Shown here piece after piece: positions 32,414-42,366 of a stretch of DNA of 64,000 bases (position 1 is the stretch's first letter; the number at the start of each line of letters is the position of its first letter). This DNA comes from Chthoniobacterales bacterium (GTDB lineage Bacteria > Verrucomicrobiota > Verrucomicrobiia > Chthoniobacterales > Chthoniobacteraceae). The notes under the pieces are model-generated. The model did not search any database. It worked only from the letters and a program-made list of their open reading frames with translations, and had not been told where the DNA came from. The position numbers and the translations under genes were made by a program. The DNA is taken from positions 6,572 to 70,571 of the forward strand of contig JBBRPL010000027.1 of NCBI GenBank assembly GCA_038228205.1, in the 5' to 3' direction.

Positions 32414-35400
32414 ATGCCTCCCATTACCTATTACCGCCTGACTCTCTCGGCCGCGCTTCTTGGCGCGTTGTCCGTCGCTCACGTCCTTTGTGCCGCGGAT
32501 GCCGTGGTAGATCCGGCGAAGGTGGCGAAGGTGTTGGGACCGGGCGGCGCGGACAGTTGGACGATTAAACCAGCGGCCTACGCGGTCAGCGACGAACCGG
32601 CACTGGTCTCGTCGGCGGCGCCCGGTGTCACTCTTGAGAGCAAGGCGGTGCAAGCCGCGCCGAGCGAGTATTTTTTTGCCTTCCGCCTCAAGCCAATCAA
32701 GGCCGGGTCGTCCAGCGTCCGGATTCAATTGGCCTGCGCCACACGGCCAGACAAGACGCAGCAGGCGCTGAACTTCTCGGTCGGATTCACCAATGGACAG
32801 AAATACGTCACGTACTCGGCATCGGGCCAGGGCGGCAAGCCGCCCGCCCCCCAGTCAGGGTCGCAATTCTTCGTGGGGGTGACGGATCTCAGCCTTGGGT
32901 GGTCCGAGGATCTGCGCAGGATCATCGAGGCGCAGGTCGCAGCCGCACCAAAGCCCGAGGAGCGGCTCTTTACCGTTCGTTGCACGCTCGAAAAAGGCCG
33001 TTTTCGAAGCTGGCTCAACGGCCGATTTATCGGCGACCTCGCGCTGGAATCAGACATGGATCCTGCCGGTCTCGTGAGGATCGTGCTCGCGCCCAACTCC
33101 GCGTTGGTGTCGGTCCGGATGCGCCCATTGGCTCCTGTTTCCAACCGCTTCGAGCCCCTGTCGATCGCGGGGAACCTCACGGGCTCGACGCTCAATGACA
33201 AGAAGGTGGATCACGCGTCGCTGCCCGGGGGCGCGGCCGACGGGCCGGAGAGCGTGACATCTGTGAACGGCGTGCCGTTTCAATTCGCGAACGCCGCGCC
33301 CAGCGGGAACGACCACATGGACGTCGGCACGAGTTGGACGAGGTTCGGCGCGCTGCCGGGCTATATCGCCGCCAACTTCGGTTCGTTCGGCGGCCGATGG
33401 ATCTCCGCGAACCGCCTCGATCCCTCGCGGCTCTGCATGTATGTGCCCGGGGGCCGCTACAAGGCGCTGCACCTGCTCGCTGTGGCGGATGGCCGCCAAG
33501 ACTGCGTGCCGATTGTCAGCGCCCAGTTCTATCGGCCCGATGCTGGGCATCCCTTGAACTTCTCGACCACCGTGCCAACGGGTCATGGCGACGCCGGCCG
33601 CGCGAAGTCAGTTCCCATCAAGCTCGCCGATGGCAGCGGCGCCCAGCTCTACCAGGTGACAATCCCGCTCGATCCGGATGCCTTCTCATGGTTCACCGAT
33701 CTGAATCGCATCGGCCTGGAGATCACCAAGGAGGTCAAGTATTACCGTGGGTATCCCGACCCGCTGGAGTACAGTTGGCACGGCGGTGGCCTGCCCAGTT
33801 CTGTGCAGATCTACGCGATGACGCTCGAGCGGGCTGACGTGGACATCGATATCCAGCCCGATCAATTTGGCCACGTCTGGACCGCGCCAGCGATGCCGGG
33901 CTACACGTTCCAACTTCGCAACGGAACCGGTGTCGCCACCAAGGCGAGGCTCGTCATCGAAACGAAGAGTTACGATGGCAAGGACACCACCCGGCAGGAA
34001 CAGCAAGCCGACCTTCCCGCGGATGGGGCGGCGGTCAGCCTCCCCGTTTCCCTCAAGCCGACACGCTTCGGACTACACGAGTTGACCGTCACACTCACTG
34101 CGGGCAATGAAACGTCGGCCTTCCGCCGCAACTTCGCCTATTTCCACACGAACACACGGGACACGACCACTTGGGAGGAGGGGCGCGGATCGGCCTTTGG
34201 CTATTGGCCGTGGCAAGGCGGCCACGTCACGCCGCCAGCCGACCAGGAGATCAACATCATGGCGGCGGCTGGCGCGGAAACCTCGACGGCCAACTACTCC
34301 CTGTCGAAACCCGAAATCCAGGCCCTCGCGGAAAAGTACCACTTTATCGGTGAGTCCGCATTCTCCGGGGCTATCATGTACTATAACGGGTTTTACAAAG
34401 GGTTCGCAGGCGTCCCCAAGTTTGACCCCGAGAAGCCGGTGGAGACCGCGCAGGCGCTCATCGAGGCGATGAGAAAAATGCAGGCCAAGCCGGGCCCGAT
34501 CAGCCGGCCGACCTACGTCCCTTTCTTTGCCGAGCCGCAAATCGGCAACATCACGACCGGCATCTGGCCTTCTCACTACGGGGAACCCTATCAACTCACC
34601 GAGAGCGAAGAGCGCGCCTTCGCGGACATGAAGGCCAAGTTCGTGCTCGGCGCCCGTGCGACGCGCAAAGAGTGGCCCAACTACAAGCTCCTCATGCCCT
34701 ACGGCGATCCGATGAACACGGCAATCTTCCTGAAGCTGGCGCCCGAGACCCGCGAATTGATTGACGGTTGCGCGCTCGACATGCCGGGCTTCGAGCGGAT
34801 GCCCGAGCAGCAGATCAACCAGGTCGTGTTGAACCGGCTCTACCCGATCATGAAGGACATCAAGCAGTACAAGCCCAACCCTTATCTCGTGCTGATTGAG
34901 GGCTTCGCCGTTTCCTCCAAGGACATCGACACCGGCCAGGAAGGGCAGGCGGAAATCACCATGCGCGATTTTCTGGTGCTCATGGGCTACGGATTGACCC
35001 GCTTCGAGGCTCCCAACTCACCCTTCGACTGCGCCAATTACTGGGGCGAAAATCACTACGGCGGCGGGTGGAATTCACGCCTGCCGCTGGCGATGCCCAA
35101 GCTGGCCTACGTGCAGTACGCGACGATGACGCGCCACCTCAACCGCGCCAACTTCACCAAATACGTCACCACAGGCAGCACCTCGACTTACTGCGAGCAG
35201 TTCAAACATTACAAGACCGGCAAATTGGTCCACGCACTGTGGACCATCCGGGGCAAGCGGCCGGTGAACGTGAAGGTCCCGGCGGGAACCACGCTGGAAC
35301 TTTACGACCCGAACGACAACGTCACGACGCTCAAGGAAAAGGACGGGGTCGTCAGTTTCGTGGTCGATCAGTCGCCGCAATACCTCGAAGGCCTCACCGC

Positions 35401-36514
35401 CGATGCCCAGATCACGCTCGGCGAAAGCGATCATTCCGATGCGCGGCCCGGCACCGACGCTCGCCAGATCGCCAACTTCGGCGATGGCTCGTGGTCGCTG
35501 GTCGCCAGGACCGACGATGAATACACGAAGAACAAGCCGCTGCAGATCGAACGGTTCCTGGGCAAGATGAGCGCGCAGCCCGCGGAGGCGCCGGCGGCCC
35601 AGGGCGGGAAGGCGCTGGCGATCCACCTGGACAAACAGGACAAGGATCGCGGCGTGATGCCTTTCTTCACCACACTCACGCCAGCCAATCCAATTACCAT
35701 CCCCGGCAAGGCGAGCCACCTGGGCATGTGGGTCCACGCCGCCAGCGATTGGGGCCGATTTGTCTACGTCCTCCGCGACGCCAAAGGTGAGAAGTGGATC
35801 AGCGTCGGCACCAAGGAAGATTGGAATAACGATGACATCCACTGCTGGAGCGCGTTTTGCTTCGACGGCTGGCGGTATCTGCGCTTCGAGATGCCGTCGA
35901 GCATGCCGTATGACTCCTATCGCGAGCACGGCACCAGTTGGTGGGGCTCGTCTGGCGGCGACGGCGTAGTTGACCTTCCGCTGCAACTCGAAAAAGTGAT
36001 TGTCGAACGGCGGCCGAAGGTGATTTACGGCAACGATTTGGTGTCCGCCAAACCGGACGACGTGCTCCTCGGCGACTTGCACGCGGAGTACGCCGTGCGC
36101 GCGGACCAAAGCGATGAGACCGTTCGGTTGTCGAAACTGCGGATGCCCATCCCGCACGATGCGCCAGCGTTGGGAAATCCGATTGTCGACTTTGAGCAGA
36201 GTGGCGTTGGCTCGCCGACGAAGGTGTTGAAAGTGACTGACCCGACCCAGGCCTACGACGGCACTCGCTGCCACGTCCACTTCGAGCCGGTCACCGGCGC
36301 CAAGAACTACGAGGTGTGGGTGAGCCCCTACCCCGACGGGCGCGGCGCAATCCAACTCGGCAAGGCCTGGACGGAATCCGGGCAGCTTCTGCAAGGCCTG
36401 CGCCCAGACATCGAGTTTTATCTGTTCGTGATGTACACGGACCAGGATGGGAAACTGTCGAAGCCATCGGCGCCACTGGCCTTCAAGCTCAAGGATCGCT
36501 TCGGCTACAAATAA
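32414..36514 (+). CDS. Large secreted multidomain protein, putative GH-A-clan-like hydrolase; paralog of 52952-57109
   Basis: Signal peptide after ATG 32414; FFAEP, LIEG, PKLAYVQYATMTR; extensive blocks shared with 52952-57109. Confidence 0.7.
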   Translation: MPPITYYRLTLSAALLGALSVAHVLCAADAVVDPAKVAKVLGPGGADSWTIKPAAYAVSDEPALVSSAAPGVTLESKAVQAAPSEYFFAFRLKPIKAGSSSVRIQLACATRPDKTQQALNFSVGFTNGQKYVTYSASGQGGKPPAPQSGSQFFVGVTDLSLGWSEDLRRIIEAQVAAAPKPEERLFTVRCTLEKGRFRSWLNGRFIGDLALESDMDPAGLVRIVLAPNSALVSVRMRPLAPVSNRFEPLSIAGNLTGSTLNDKKVDHASLPGGAADGPESVTSVNGVPFQFANAAPSGNDHMDVGTSWTRFGALPGYIAANFGSFGGRWISANRLDPSRLCMYVPGGRYKALHLLAVADGRQDCVPIVSAQFYRPDAGHPLNFSTTVPTGHGDAGRAKSVPIKLADGSGAQLYQVTIPLDPDAFSWFTDLNRIGLEITKEVKYYRGYPDPLEYSWHGGGLPSSVQIYAMTLERADVDIDIQPDQFGHVWTAPAMPGYTFQLRNGTGVATKARLVIETKSYDGKDTTRQEQQADLPADGAAVSLPVSLKPTRFGLHELTVTLTAGNETSAFRRNFAYFHTNTRDTTTWEEGRGSAFGYWPWQGGHVTPPADQEINIMAAAGAETSTANYSLSKPEIQALAEKYHFIGESAFSGAIMYYNGFYKGFAGVPKFDPEKPVETAQALIEAMRKMQAKPGPISRPTYVPFFAEPQIGNITTGIWPSHYGEPYQLTESEERAFADMKAKFVLGARATRKEWPNYKLLMPYGDPMNTAIFLKLAPETRELIDGCALDMPGFERMPEQQINQVVLNRLYPIMKDIKQYKPNPYLVLIEGFAVSSKDIDTGQEGQAEITMRDFLVLMGYGLTRFEAPNSPFDCANYWGENHYGGGWNSRLPLAMPKLAYVQYATMTRHLNRANFTKYVTTGSTSTYCEQFKHYKTGKLVHALWTIRGKRPVNVKVPAGTTLELYDPNDNVTTLKEKDGVVSFVVDQSPQYLEGLTADAQITLGESDHSDARPGTDARQIANFGDGSWSLVARTDDEYTKNKPLQIERFLGKMSAQPAEAPAAQGGKALAIHLDKQDKDRGVMPFFTTLTPANPITIPGKASHLGMWVHAASDWGRFVYVLRDAKGEKWISVGTKEDWNNDDIHCWSAFCFDGWRYLRFEMPSSMPYDSYREHGTSWWGSSGGDGVVDLPLQLEKVIVERRPKVIYGNDLVSAKPDDVLLGDLHAEYAVRADQSDETVRLSKLRMPIPHDAPALGNPIVDFEQSGVGSPTKVLKVTDPTQAYDGTRCHVHFEPVTGAKNYEVWVSPYPDGRGAIQLGKAWTESGQLLQGLRPDIEFYLFVMYTDQDGKLSKPSAPLAFKLKDRFGYK

Positions 36515-36535
36515 ACCATCATCCGATTACCGACG

Positions 36536-38023
36536 ATGAATCCTCGCAGGTCACAGTCGCCGCGCGTCCGCCAGATCGCCGACGCATCATGTTATCCTGC
36601 CGCGCTCTCCATCGCGCTCGCCTTGGCGATTGCGCCGTTCACCGCGTCAGCCGGCGAGCCCCTCGCGATCGGTGGCGAGGCGCAGGTTCTCGTCGATGAC
36701 TATGTGATCGAGTCGATGCACGGACTGGTGCGGCATATCAACCCGCTGGCGAAGCACGCCGCCAATCCGGTGATCCGCCCCGATCAGCCATGGGAAGAGC
36801 GTTATGCCGTGCCGCTCTCGGCGTTTTTCGACCCGGACGAAAAGCTCTATCGCATGTGGTATCGGCCAGGTTCGCACAAGTTCAATTTGGGATACGCCAC
36901 GTCGCGCGATGGGATCACCTGGGACAAGCCGGCCCTGGGGCTCGTGGATTACAAAGGCTCGAAAGAGAATAACCAGATCGCGGTCAAGACCGGCCCGGCG
37001 TGGGGCGGTGTCCTCAAGGATCTTCGCGATCCGAATCCCGCCCGCCGTTACAAGCTCCTCAGCTACAACCGGGCGACCAATTCCAACGGACTCTTCCTCT
37101 TCGTTTCACCAGACGGCCTGACCTGGACGCCGGATTCGGACAAGCCGATGCTGGAAGGTCTCGCCGACTGCCATAATCTCATGGGTTGGGATCCGAAAAT
37201 CAGCCGGTATGTGGCCTATGTCCGCCCGGACAAACCGGTCCGGACCATCGCGCGCATCACCAGCGAGGATATGGTGCACTGGACGCCGATGCAAACGGTG
37301 CTCGAACCCGACGAAGACGATCCGCCGGGCACGCAGTTCTATGGGATGCCCGTCTTTCCCGACCGTGGCGTGTACTATGGATTGCTGTGGGTCTATCATC
37401 CCAATCAGTTGATGGTCGATGCGCAACTCACCTTCAGCCGCGATGGCATCCAGTGGCAGCGGGCGGTGCGGCGGCATCCGATCCTGTCCTACGGGCTGCC
37501 GAACCAATTCGATTCGCATGTCGTGCTGCCCTTGCAGCCGATTTTGGTCGGCGATGAATTGAAGGTCTATTACTTCGCCTACGACAAAGCGCACGCGGTC
37601 GTGTATCCGAACGAAGCCTACCCGCCACTCAAGGCGGCTCCGCCACGGACCGAGCAGACATGGCTGGAGAATCGCAGCGGCTACACGGGGTTGGCCACGT
37701 GCCGCCGGGATCGTTTTGTCTCGCTGGATGCGGACTCACAGCCTGGCGAAGTGGTCACCAAGGCATTCAAAATCGAAGGAAACGCTCTGCAACTGAACGC
37801 CGATGCGAGCCACGGCGAGATCAAGGTCGAGGTGGATGACGACAGCGGCAAACCGCTGCCCGGATTTGCCGCCACGGACGCCATTCCCGTGAAGGATGAT
37901 TCGCTGCGACTGGCTGTGAGTTGGAAGGGTCAAAAGGATCTTTCCGCGCTCCAGGGGCGCAACGTGAAGCTCCGCATCCAGATGCGGAACGCGCGGCTCT
38001 ATTCGTTCCAGGTGCTGCCGTGA
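36536..38023 (+). CDS. Secreted five-bladed beta-propeller GH-like protein, paralog of 30645-32171
   Basis: NPVIRPDQPWE, YATSRDGITWDKP, QFYG, SRDGIQW, RDRFVS, RLYSF. Confidence 0.72.
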   Translation: MNPRRSQSPRVRQIADASCYPAALSIALALAIAPFTASAGEPLAIGGEAQVLVDDYVIESMHGLVRHINPLAKHAANPVIRPDQPWEERYAVPLSAFFDPDEKLYRMWYRPGSHKFNLGYATSRDGITWDKPALGLVDYKGSKENNQIAVKTGPAWGGVLKDLRDPNPARRYKLLSYNRATNSNGLFLFVSPDGLTWTPDSDKPMLEGLADCHNLMGWDPKISRYVAYVRPDKPVRTIARITSEDMVHWTPMQTVLEPDEDDPPGTQFYGMPVFPDRGVYYGLLWVYHPNQLMVDAQLTFSRDGIQWQRAVRRHPILSYGLPNQFDSHVVLPLQPILVGDELKVYYFAYDKAHAVVYPNEAYPPLKAAPPRTEQTWLENRSGYTGLATCRRDRFVSLDADSQPGEVVTKAFKIEGNALQLNADASHGEIKVEVDDDSGKPLPGFAATDAIPVKDDSLRLAVSWKGQKDLSALQGRNVKLRIQMRNARLYSFQVLP

Positions 38024-39567
38024 AATCGTCACCGCGCTTCGGCGTCAGGCTCGCCATCATCGTCGCGGCGAGTTTGATCTCGTGTGTTCGCGCGGCAGCC
38101 GCGGTGAAATTACCGGCGGTGTTGGCCCATCACATGGTTCTGCAGCGCGACGCCGCCGTCCCGATCTGGGGCTGGGCCACTCCCGGCGAGGAAGTGAACC
38201 TGGCCATCGCCGGTCAGACGAAGACCACCACAGCGGGCGCCGACGGAAAGTGGAGCGTCAAACTCGACAAACTCAGCGCCGGAGGGCCGCACACGCTCAC
38301 GGTGACGGGAAAGAACAAGCTCACGATCAACGACGTGATGATCGACGAAGTATGGCTCGCTTCCGGGCAGTCGAACATGGTCCACATCATGCCGTACAGC
38401 TCCGATTTCGCCACCGAAGAGCCGGTCGCAAACTATCCCGGACTACGAATCTTCACGGTCGCCCGCGCGGTGAACCAGACTCCTCAGGAAGACTGTCTCG
38501 GCAACTGGACGCCAATCAGCCCCAAGACCGTGGGCAATGTCTCCTCAGTGGCCTACCATTTCGGCCGCGAATTGCACCAGACGCTCGGCGTCCCTGTCGG
38601 GATCATCACCTCGGCCCTCGGAAGCACTCCCATCGAAGCGTGGATCAGCCTTGAGGCGCAAAAGAGCCGGCCGGAGTTGAGGGTATTGCTTTCCTCATGG
38701 GACGAGAAAGCCGCTGCCTACCAACCGGAATCCGCGAAGATAGCCTACGAGAAGGATCTGGAGGCTTGGAAGGAGGCCGCCGCGAAAGCAAAGGGGGAGG
38801 GTGCACCCGCGCCCCGTGAGCCGAAGCCGCCAATTCATCCGCGAGACCAACCCCAGCACCCCGCGGTCATGTTCAATGGCATGATCGCCCCGCTCATCCC
38901 CTGCGCGATTCGCGGCGCCATCTGGTATCAGGGCGAGCATAACGCGCAGCGCGAGGATTCCGCGGCGCTCTATCGCCAGCAGCTTCCACTCCTCATCAGC
39001 GACTGGCGCACCCGTTGGGGGCGCAGCGACCTGCCCTTCGCCTGGGTGCAACTCCCCAACTTCGACACGACCACCCGCTCTCCGCGAATGACCGGCTGGC
39101 CCTTGATCCGTGAGAGCCAGCTCCAGTCGCTGGCTGTGCCCAACACCGGCATGGCCGTCACCATCGACATCGGTGATTTCGATTCGGTCCACCCTGCCAA
39201 CAAGAGGAGTTTCGGCCATCGCCTCGCGCTATGGGCGCGCGCCGAGGTTTACGGCGAGAAAATTCCCTGGTCCGGTCCGTTGTTCGTCGGTTCCCAAGCG
39301 CAGGGCAGCGCGATCGAAGTGAGCTTCCGGCACACCGATGGTGGCCTGATCGCAAAAAATGGTGACCTCAAGGGCTCCCTTATTGCCGGCGCGGATAAGG
39401 AGTGGCACACCGCCGGCGCCCGCATCGTGAATGAAAGAGTCCTGGTTTCGAGCCCGGACGTGAAGGCCCCGGTCGCCGTTCGTTACTCATGGACGGACAA
39501 TCCCGATGGAAACCTCTGCAACGCGGCCGGCCTGCCGGCATCCCCATTCCGCACGGACCGGGACTGA
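38020..39567 (+). CDS. Secreted sialate O-acetylesterase (second copy)
   Basis: GTG start overlapping the upstream TGA; WLASGQSNM, WYQGEHN, DIG..VHPANK, GLPASPFRTD. Confidence 0.87.
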   Translation: MKSSPRFGVRLAIIVAASLISCVRAAAAVKLPAVLAHHMVLQRDAAVPIWGWATPGEEVNLAIAGQTKTTTAGADGKWSVKLDKLSAGGPHTLTVTGKNKLTINDVMIDEVWLASGQSNMVHIMPYSSDFATEEPVANYPGLRIFTVARAVNQTPQEDCLGNWTPISPKTVGNVSSVAYHFGRELHQTLGVPVGIITSALGSTPIEAWISLEAQKSRPELRVLLSSWDEKAAAYQPESAKIAYEKDLEAWKEAAAKAKGEGAPAPREPKPPIHPRDQPQHPAVMFNGMIAPLIPCAIRGAIWYQGEHNAQREDSAALYRQQLPLLISDWRTRWGRSDLPFAWVQLPNFDTTTRSPRMTGWPLIRESQLQSLAVPNTGMAVTIDIGDFDSVHPANKRSFGHRLALWARAEVYGEKIPWSGPLFVGSQAQGSAIEVSFRHTDGGLIAKNGDLKGSLIAGADKEWHTAGARIVNERVLVSSPDVKAPVAVRYSWTDNPDGNLCNAAGLPASPFRTDRD

Positions 39568-39569
39568 GC

Positions 39570-40883
39570 TTATCGCAACTGATCCGGCCTGACCTGGAGC
39601 ACGCTGTAGGGGTGCATGGCCATGATGTAAACATTTCCGTCGCGGGCTTCGCACACCCCAAGGATGACGTATCGATTCACGAAGTGGCCGTCCTTTCGCT
39701 TCACGAATCCTGCATGGAATGGCAGCGGTTTGCCCGCGGGATCGGTGAACTCCGTGAAGTCGGGATTACGAATGGCAACGGCGCCCAGATCGACCGGCGC
39801 CTTGTCACCCGCGCGATACCGAACCAGGTGCAACAGATGCCCCTCGGGCACGCTCTCCGTGACGGCACACCACGCCGCCCCCGACGGGCCGACGCACAGC
39901 GCGCGGCAATCCGTCTTCGTCGCGCCTTGGATCAGTTCGCCCAGGGACCGGCCCGTGAGCACGTTTCCTTCGGCCGTCAGGTCGTAGGCAAACAGCGAGT
40001 TGCCACTCAGCGGCTGCGCGTAGAGCATCTTCCCGTCGGGCGAGATGTCCCAGTTGATGGGATCGGGACGCTCGAGCGCGAGGCGTGATGCACTCGTCGG
40101 CGGCTGGCCGTCGATCGTCTGTTTGAGCCGCTCGAGTTTGTCGGATCGTGGATCGTAACGCGCGATATCGCCGCCCAGGATCGGATGATACGCCCGGCCC
40201 AAATAATCCACGACGATGAAGCCGTAATAGTGCCCGGTATCCAGCAGCGAGCGATACTTGCCCGTCTTTAAGTCGAGGATCAGGAACTCCGAATTTTCAC
40301 CAGGTCCCGGGCGATGGTCGGAACACGTGGAAACGTAGGCCACGCCACGCGATTCATCGGGCGCAATGCTGTCGATGCCGTGGTGCGGCACGGGGATCGG
40401 GTAAACCTTCGTCTCGCCCGTGGATGGATCGTAGACCATCGGATAACCGCCGGGGTAGTCTTCGCGTTTTTCGTCCTTCGACGGATAACCTTGCTTCGTG
40501 CCAAAATAGATCTTGCCGCTCGCGCCGACGTTATTCCGAGTGTGAATCTTGGACTGCGCTCCGAAGCCTTTCGCGTCCGTGCCGATGGCCTTGTGCGCAT
40601 CGACCGCAATCCGCATCGCCTTCGCTTGAGGATCGAACTCCACGAGCCATGAGTTCACGCCATTGGCATGCGTGCCGATGTAGAGCCGGCGGTTCAGCCC
40701 CTCGATGATCGAAAAATACCCCTCCCCTTCGGTCGCGGTCTCCTTCGGGACAACGTAGGCCGTCGCTTCGAGCCATTTTTGCGGGGACGGCTCCGCGGAG
40801 ACGAGTGGTGTCGCATCCATCATGGAAGCCGCAGCGACGGCGAAGACCGGAAGTAAATGTTTTCTGATATCTACAATGTTCAT
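39570..40883 (-). CDS. Secreted beta-propeller protein of unknown function
   Basis: Signal-like N-terminus; repeated 4-strand units (LYIGT, IYFGT, YDP.TG, LDLKTG, SPDGK.LY). Confidence 0.65.
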   Translation of the reverse strand: MNIVDIRKHLLPVFAVAAASMMDATPLVSAEPSPQKWLEATAYVVPKETATEGEGYFSIIEGLNRRLYIGTHANGVNSWLVEFDPQAKAMRIAVDAHKAIGTDAKGFGAQSKIHTRNNVGASGKIYFGTKQGYPSKDEKREDYPGGYPMVYDPSTGETKVYPIPVPHHGIDSIAPDESRGVAYVSTCSDHRPGPGENSEFLILDLKTGKYRSLLDTGHYYGFIVVDYLGRAYHPILGGDIARYDPRSDKLERLKQTIDGQPPTSASRLALERPDPINWDISPDGKMLYAQPLSGNSLFAYDLTAEGNVLTGRSLGELIQGATKTDCRALCVGPSGAAWCAVTESVPEGHLLHLVRYRAGDKAPVDLGAVAIRNPDFTEFTDPAGKPLPFHAGFVKRKDGHFVNRYVILGVCEARDGNVYIMAMHPYSVLQVRPDQLR

Positions 40884-41156
40884 CCTGGGGGTATTTCGTG
40901 TGCTCCAAATCGAACTTTGCGACCGGCGCCCGGCGTGTGTTCACCGGGGTAATCCTCCGAGGCCCGTTATGTTGACTCAAAATTGCCGATGGGCTCGCAA
41001 TTGGCTGAAATTCAGGGCGGTTATGAAGCAAATGGCCAGGAACGCCTGGCGGTTCCAGTCTAAGTTCGACACGCTGCCCGGATGGTCTAGCATCACCCCA
41101 GACGATTTGTATTGATCCCCCAAGCATCCCCTTTCCTGTCCTCGCAACCGCGACGC

Positions 41157-42314
41157 ATGAGTCACCTTAATTTCCGCGCATTCGCCTTTTGGGTGTGCGT
41201 GACCTGTACCGTCCTGATCCCGGCATCGGTCCGGGCGTGTTCCGTGCCAGTCTTTCGCTATGCGCTCGAGCGCTGGGCCTCGGACCCCTACCAGGCTGTG
41301 GTTTTCCATCGCGGGCCGATGAGCGAGGCCCAACAGGCCGCGGTGAAGAATCTGACGGATGACGGTCTGGCCGGACAGATTCACTCGAATGTCTCCCTCC
41401 GGACTGTGGATCTCGATCAGAACCCGGGACCGGAGTTCCTCGCTCTTTCGGAACAGTTGAAAGTCACCACGTTGCCCTGGGTGGTGGTCCGCCACCCGGA
41501 TGCGACGAACGTCCCGGTGAGCCTGTGGTCTGGGCCCCTGGCAGAATCGGGAATCAAGCAGGTTCTCGATTCTCCGGTGCGAAAGGAAATCGTGCGGCGT
41601 CTGGCCAGTGGAGAAAGCGTGGTCTGGACGCTGCTGGAGGTCGGCGATCCGCAAAAGGACGACGAAGCCGCTAAACTTCTCGAGAGTCGACTCGCCTATC
41701 TGACTACGGTGCTGAAGCTTCCCAAACTCGACCAGCAGGATGTCGTGGGCGACGCCGGGGAGCAGTTGCGGCTCGCGTTCTCGGTGGTCAGGCTCTCGCG
41801 CAAGGATGCGGAAGAGCAGGCCTTTGTGAAGATGCTTTTGGGCAGTGAACCGGGGCTCGATGATATTGCCGAACCGATGGCGTTTCCGATCTTTGGGCGC
41901 GGCCGTGTGCTCTACGCGCTGGCGGGAAAAGGGATCAACCACGAGCACATCGATCAGGCTTCGACGTTCTTGATCGGGGCGTGTTCCTGCCAGGTGAAGG
42001 AGCAAAATCCCGGCGTCGATTTGCTCGTGTCAGCGGACTGGGAGCACCTCATCGTACCGACTCTCTCGCCGAACCTGGACTCGCAGACGGTGGCAAGTTT
42101 GCCTGGAGACAGTGCGAGTGGGAGTGTCGATGTGAAGAGCGGTGCGGCTCGCACCTCCCCAGCGGAAAGCAGCGCCGCGGTCGAAGTCGTATCATTCCGC
42201 CCGCCCGAGAAGGCCGCGCCAGCGCCAACCCCCCCTGGCAATGCGATACTCATCGGGGGGCTGGTGGTCGCGGGCCTGGCCGGGGCCTCATTCCTCCTCC
42301 GTCGCAAAACGTGA
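41157..42314 (+). CDS. Exported protein with C-terminal membrane anchor
   Basis: Signal peptide ending VRA-CSVPVFRYALERW; GACSCQVK; C-terminal hydrophobic helix followed by RRKT. Confidence 0.75.
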   Translation: MSHLNFRAFAFWVCVTCTVLIPASVRACSVPVFRYALERWASDPYQAVVFHRGPMSEAQQAAVKNLTDDGLAGQIHSNVSLRTVDLDQNPGPEFLALSEQLKVTTLPWVVVRHPDATNVPVSLWSGPLAESGIKQVLDSPVRKEIVRRLASGESVVWTLLEVGDPQKDDEAAKLLESRLAYLTTVLKLPKLDQQDVVGDAGEQLRLAFSVVRLSRKDAEEQAFVKMLLGSEPGLDDIAEPMAFPIFGRGRVLYALAGKGINHEHIDQASTFLIGACSCQVKEQNPGVDLLVSADWEHLIVPTLSPNLDSQTVASLPGDSASGSVDVKSGAARTSPAESSAAVEVVSFRPPEKAAPAPTPPGNAILIGGLVVAGLAGASFLLRRKT

Positions 42315-42366
42315 GGCGCTGGGTCCGCGCGACGGTTCGTGGCAGGAATCACTTCCCCGAAAAATA

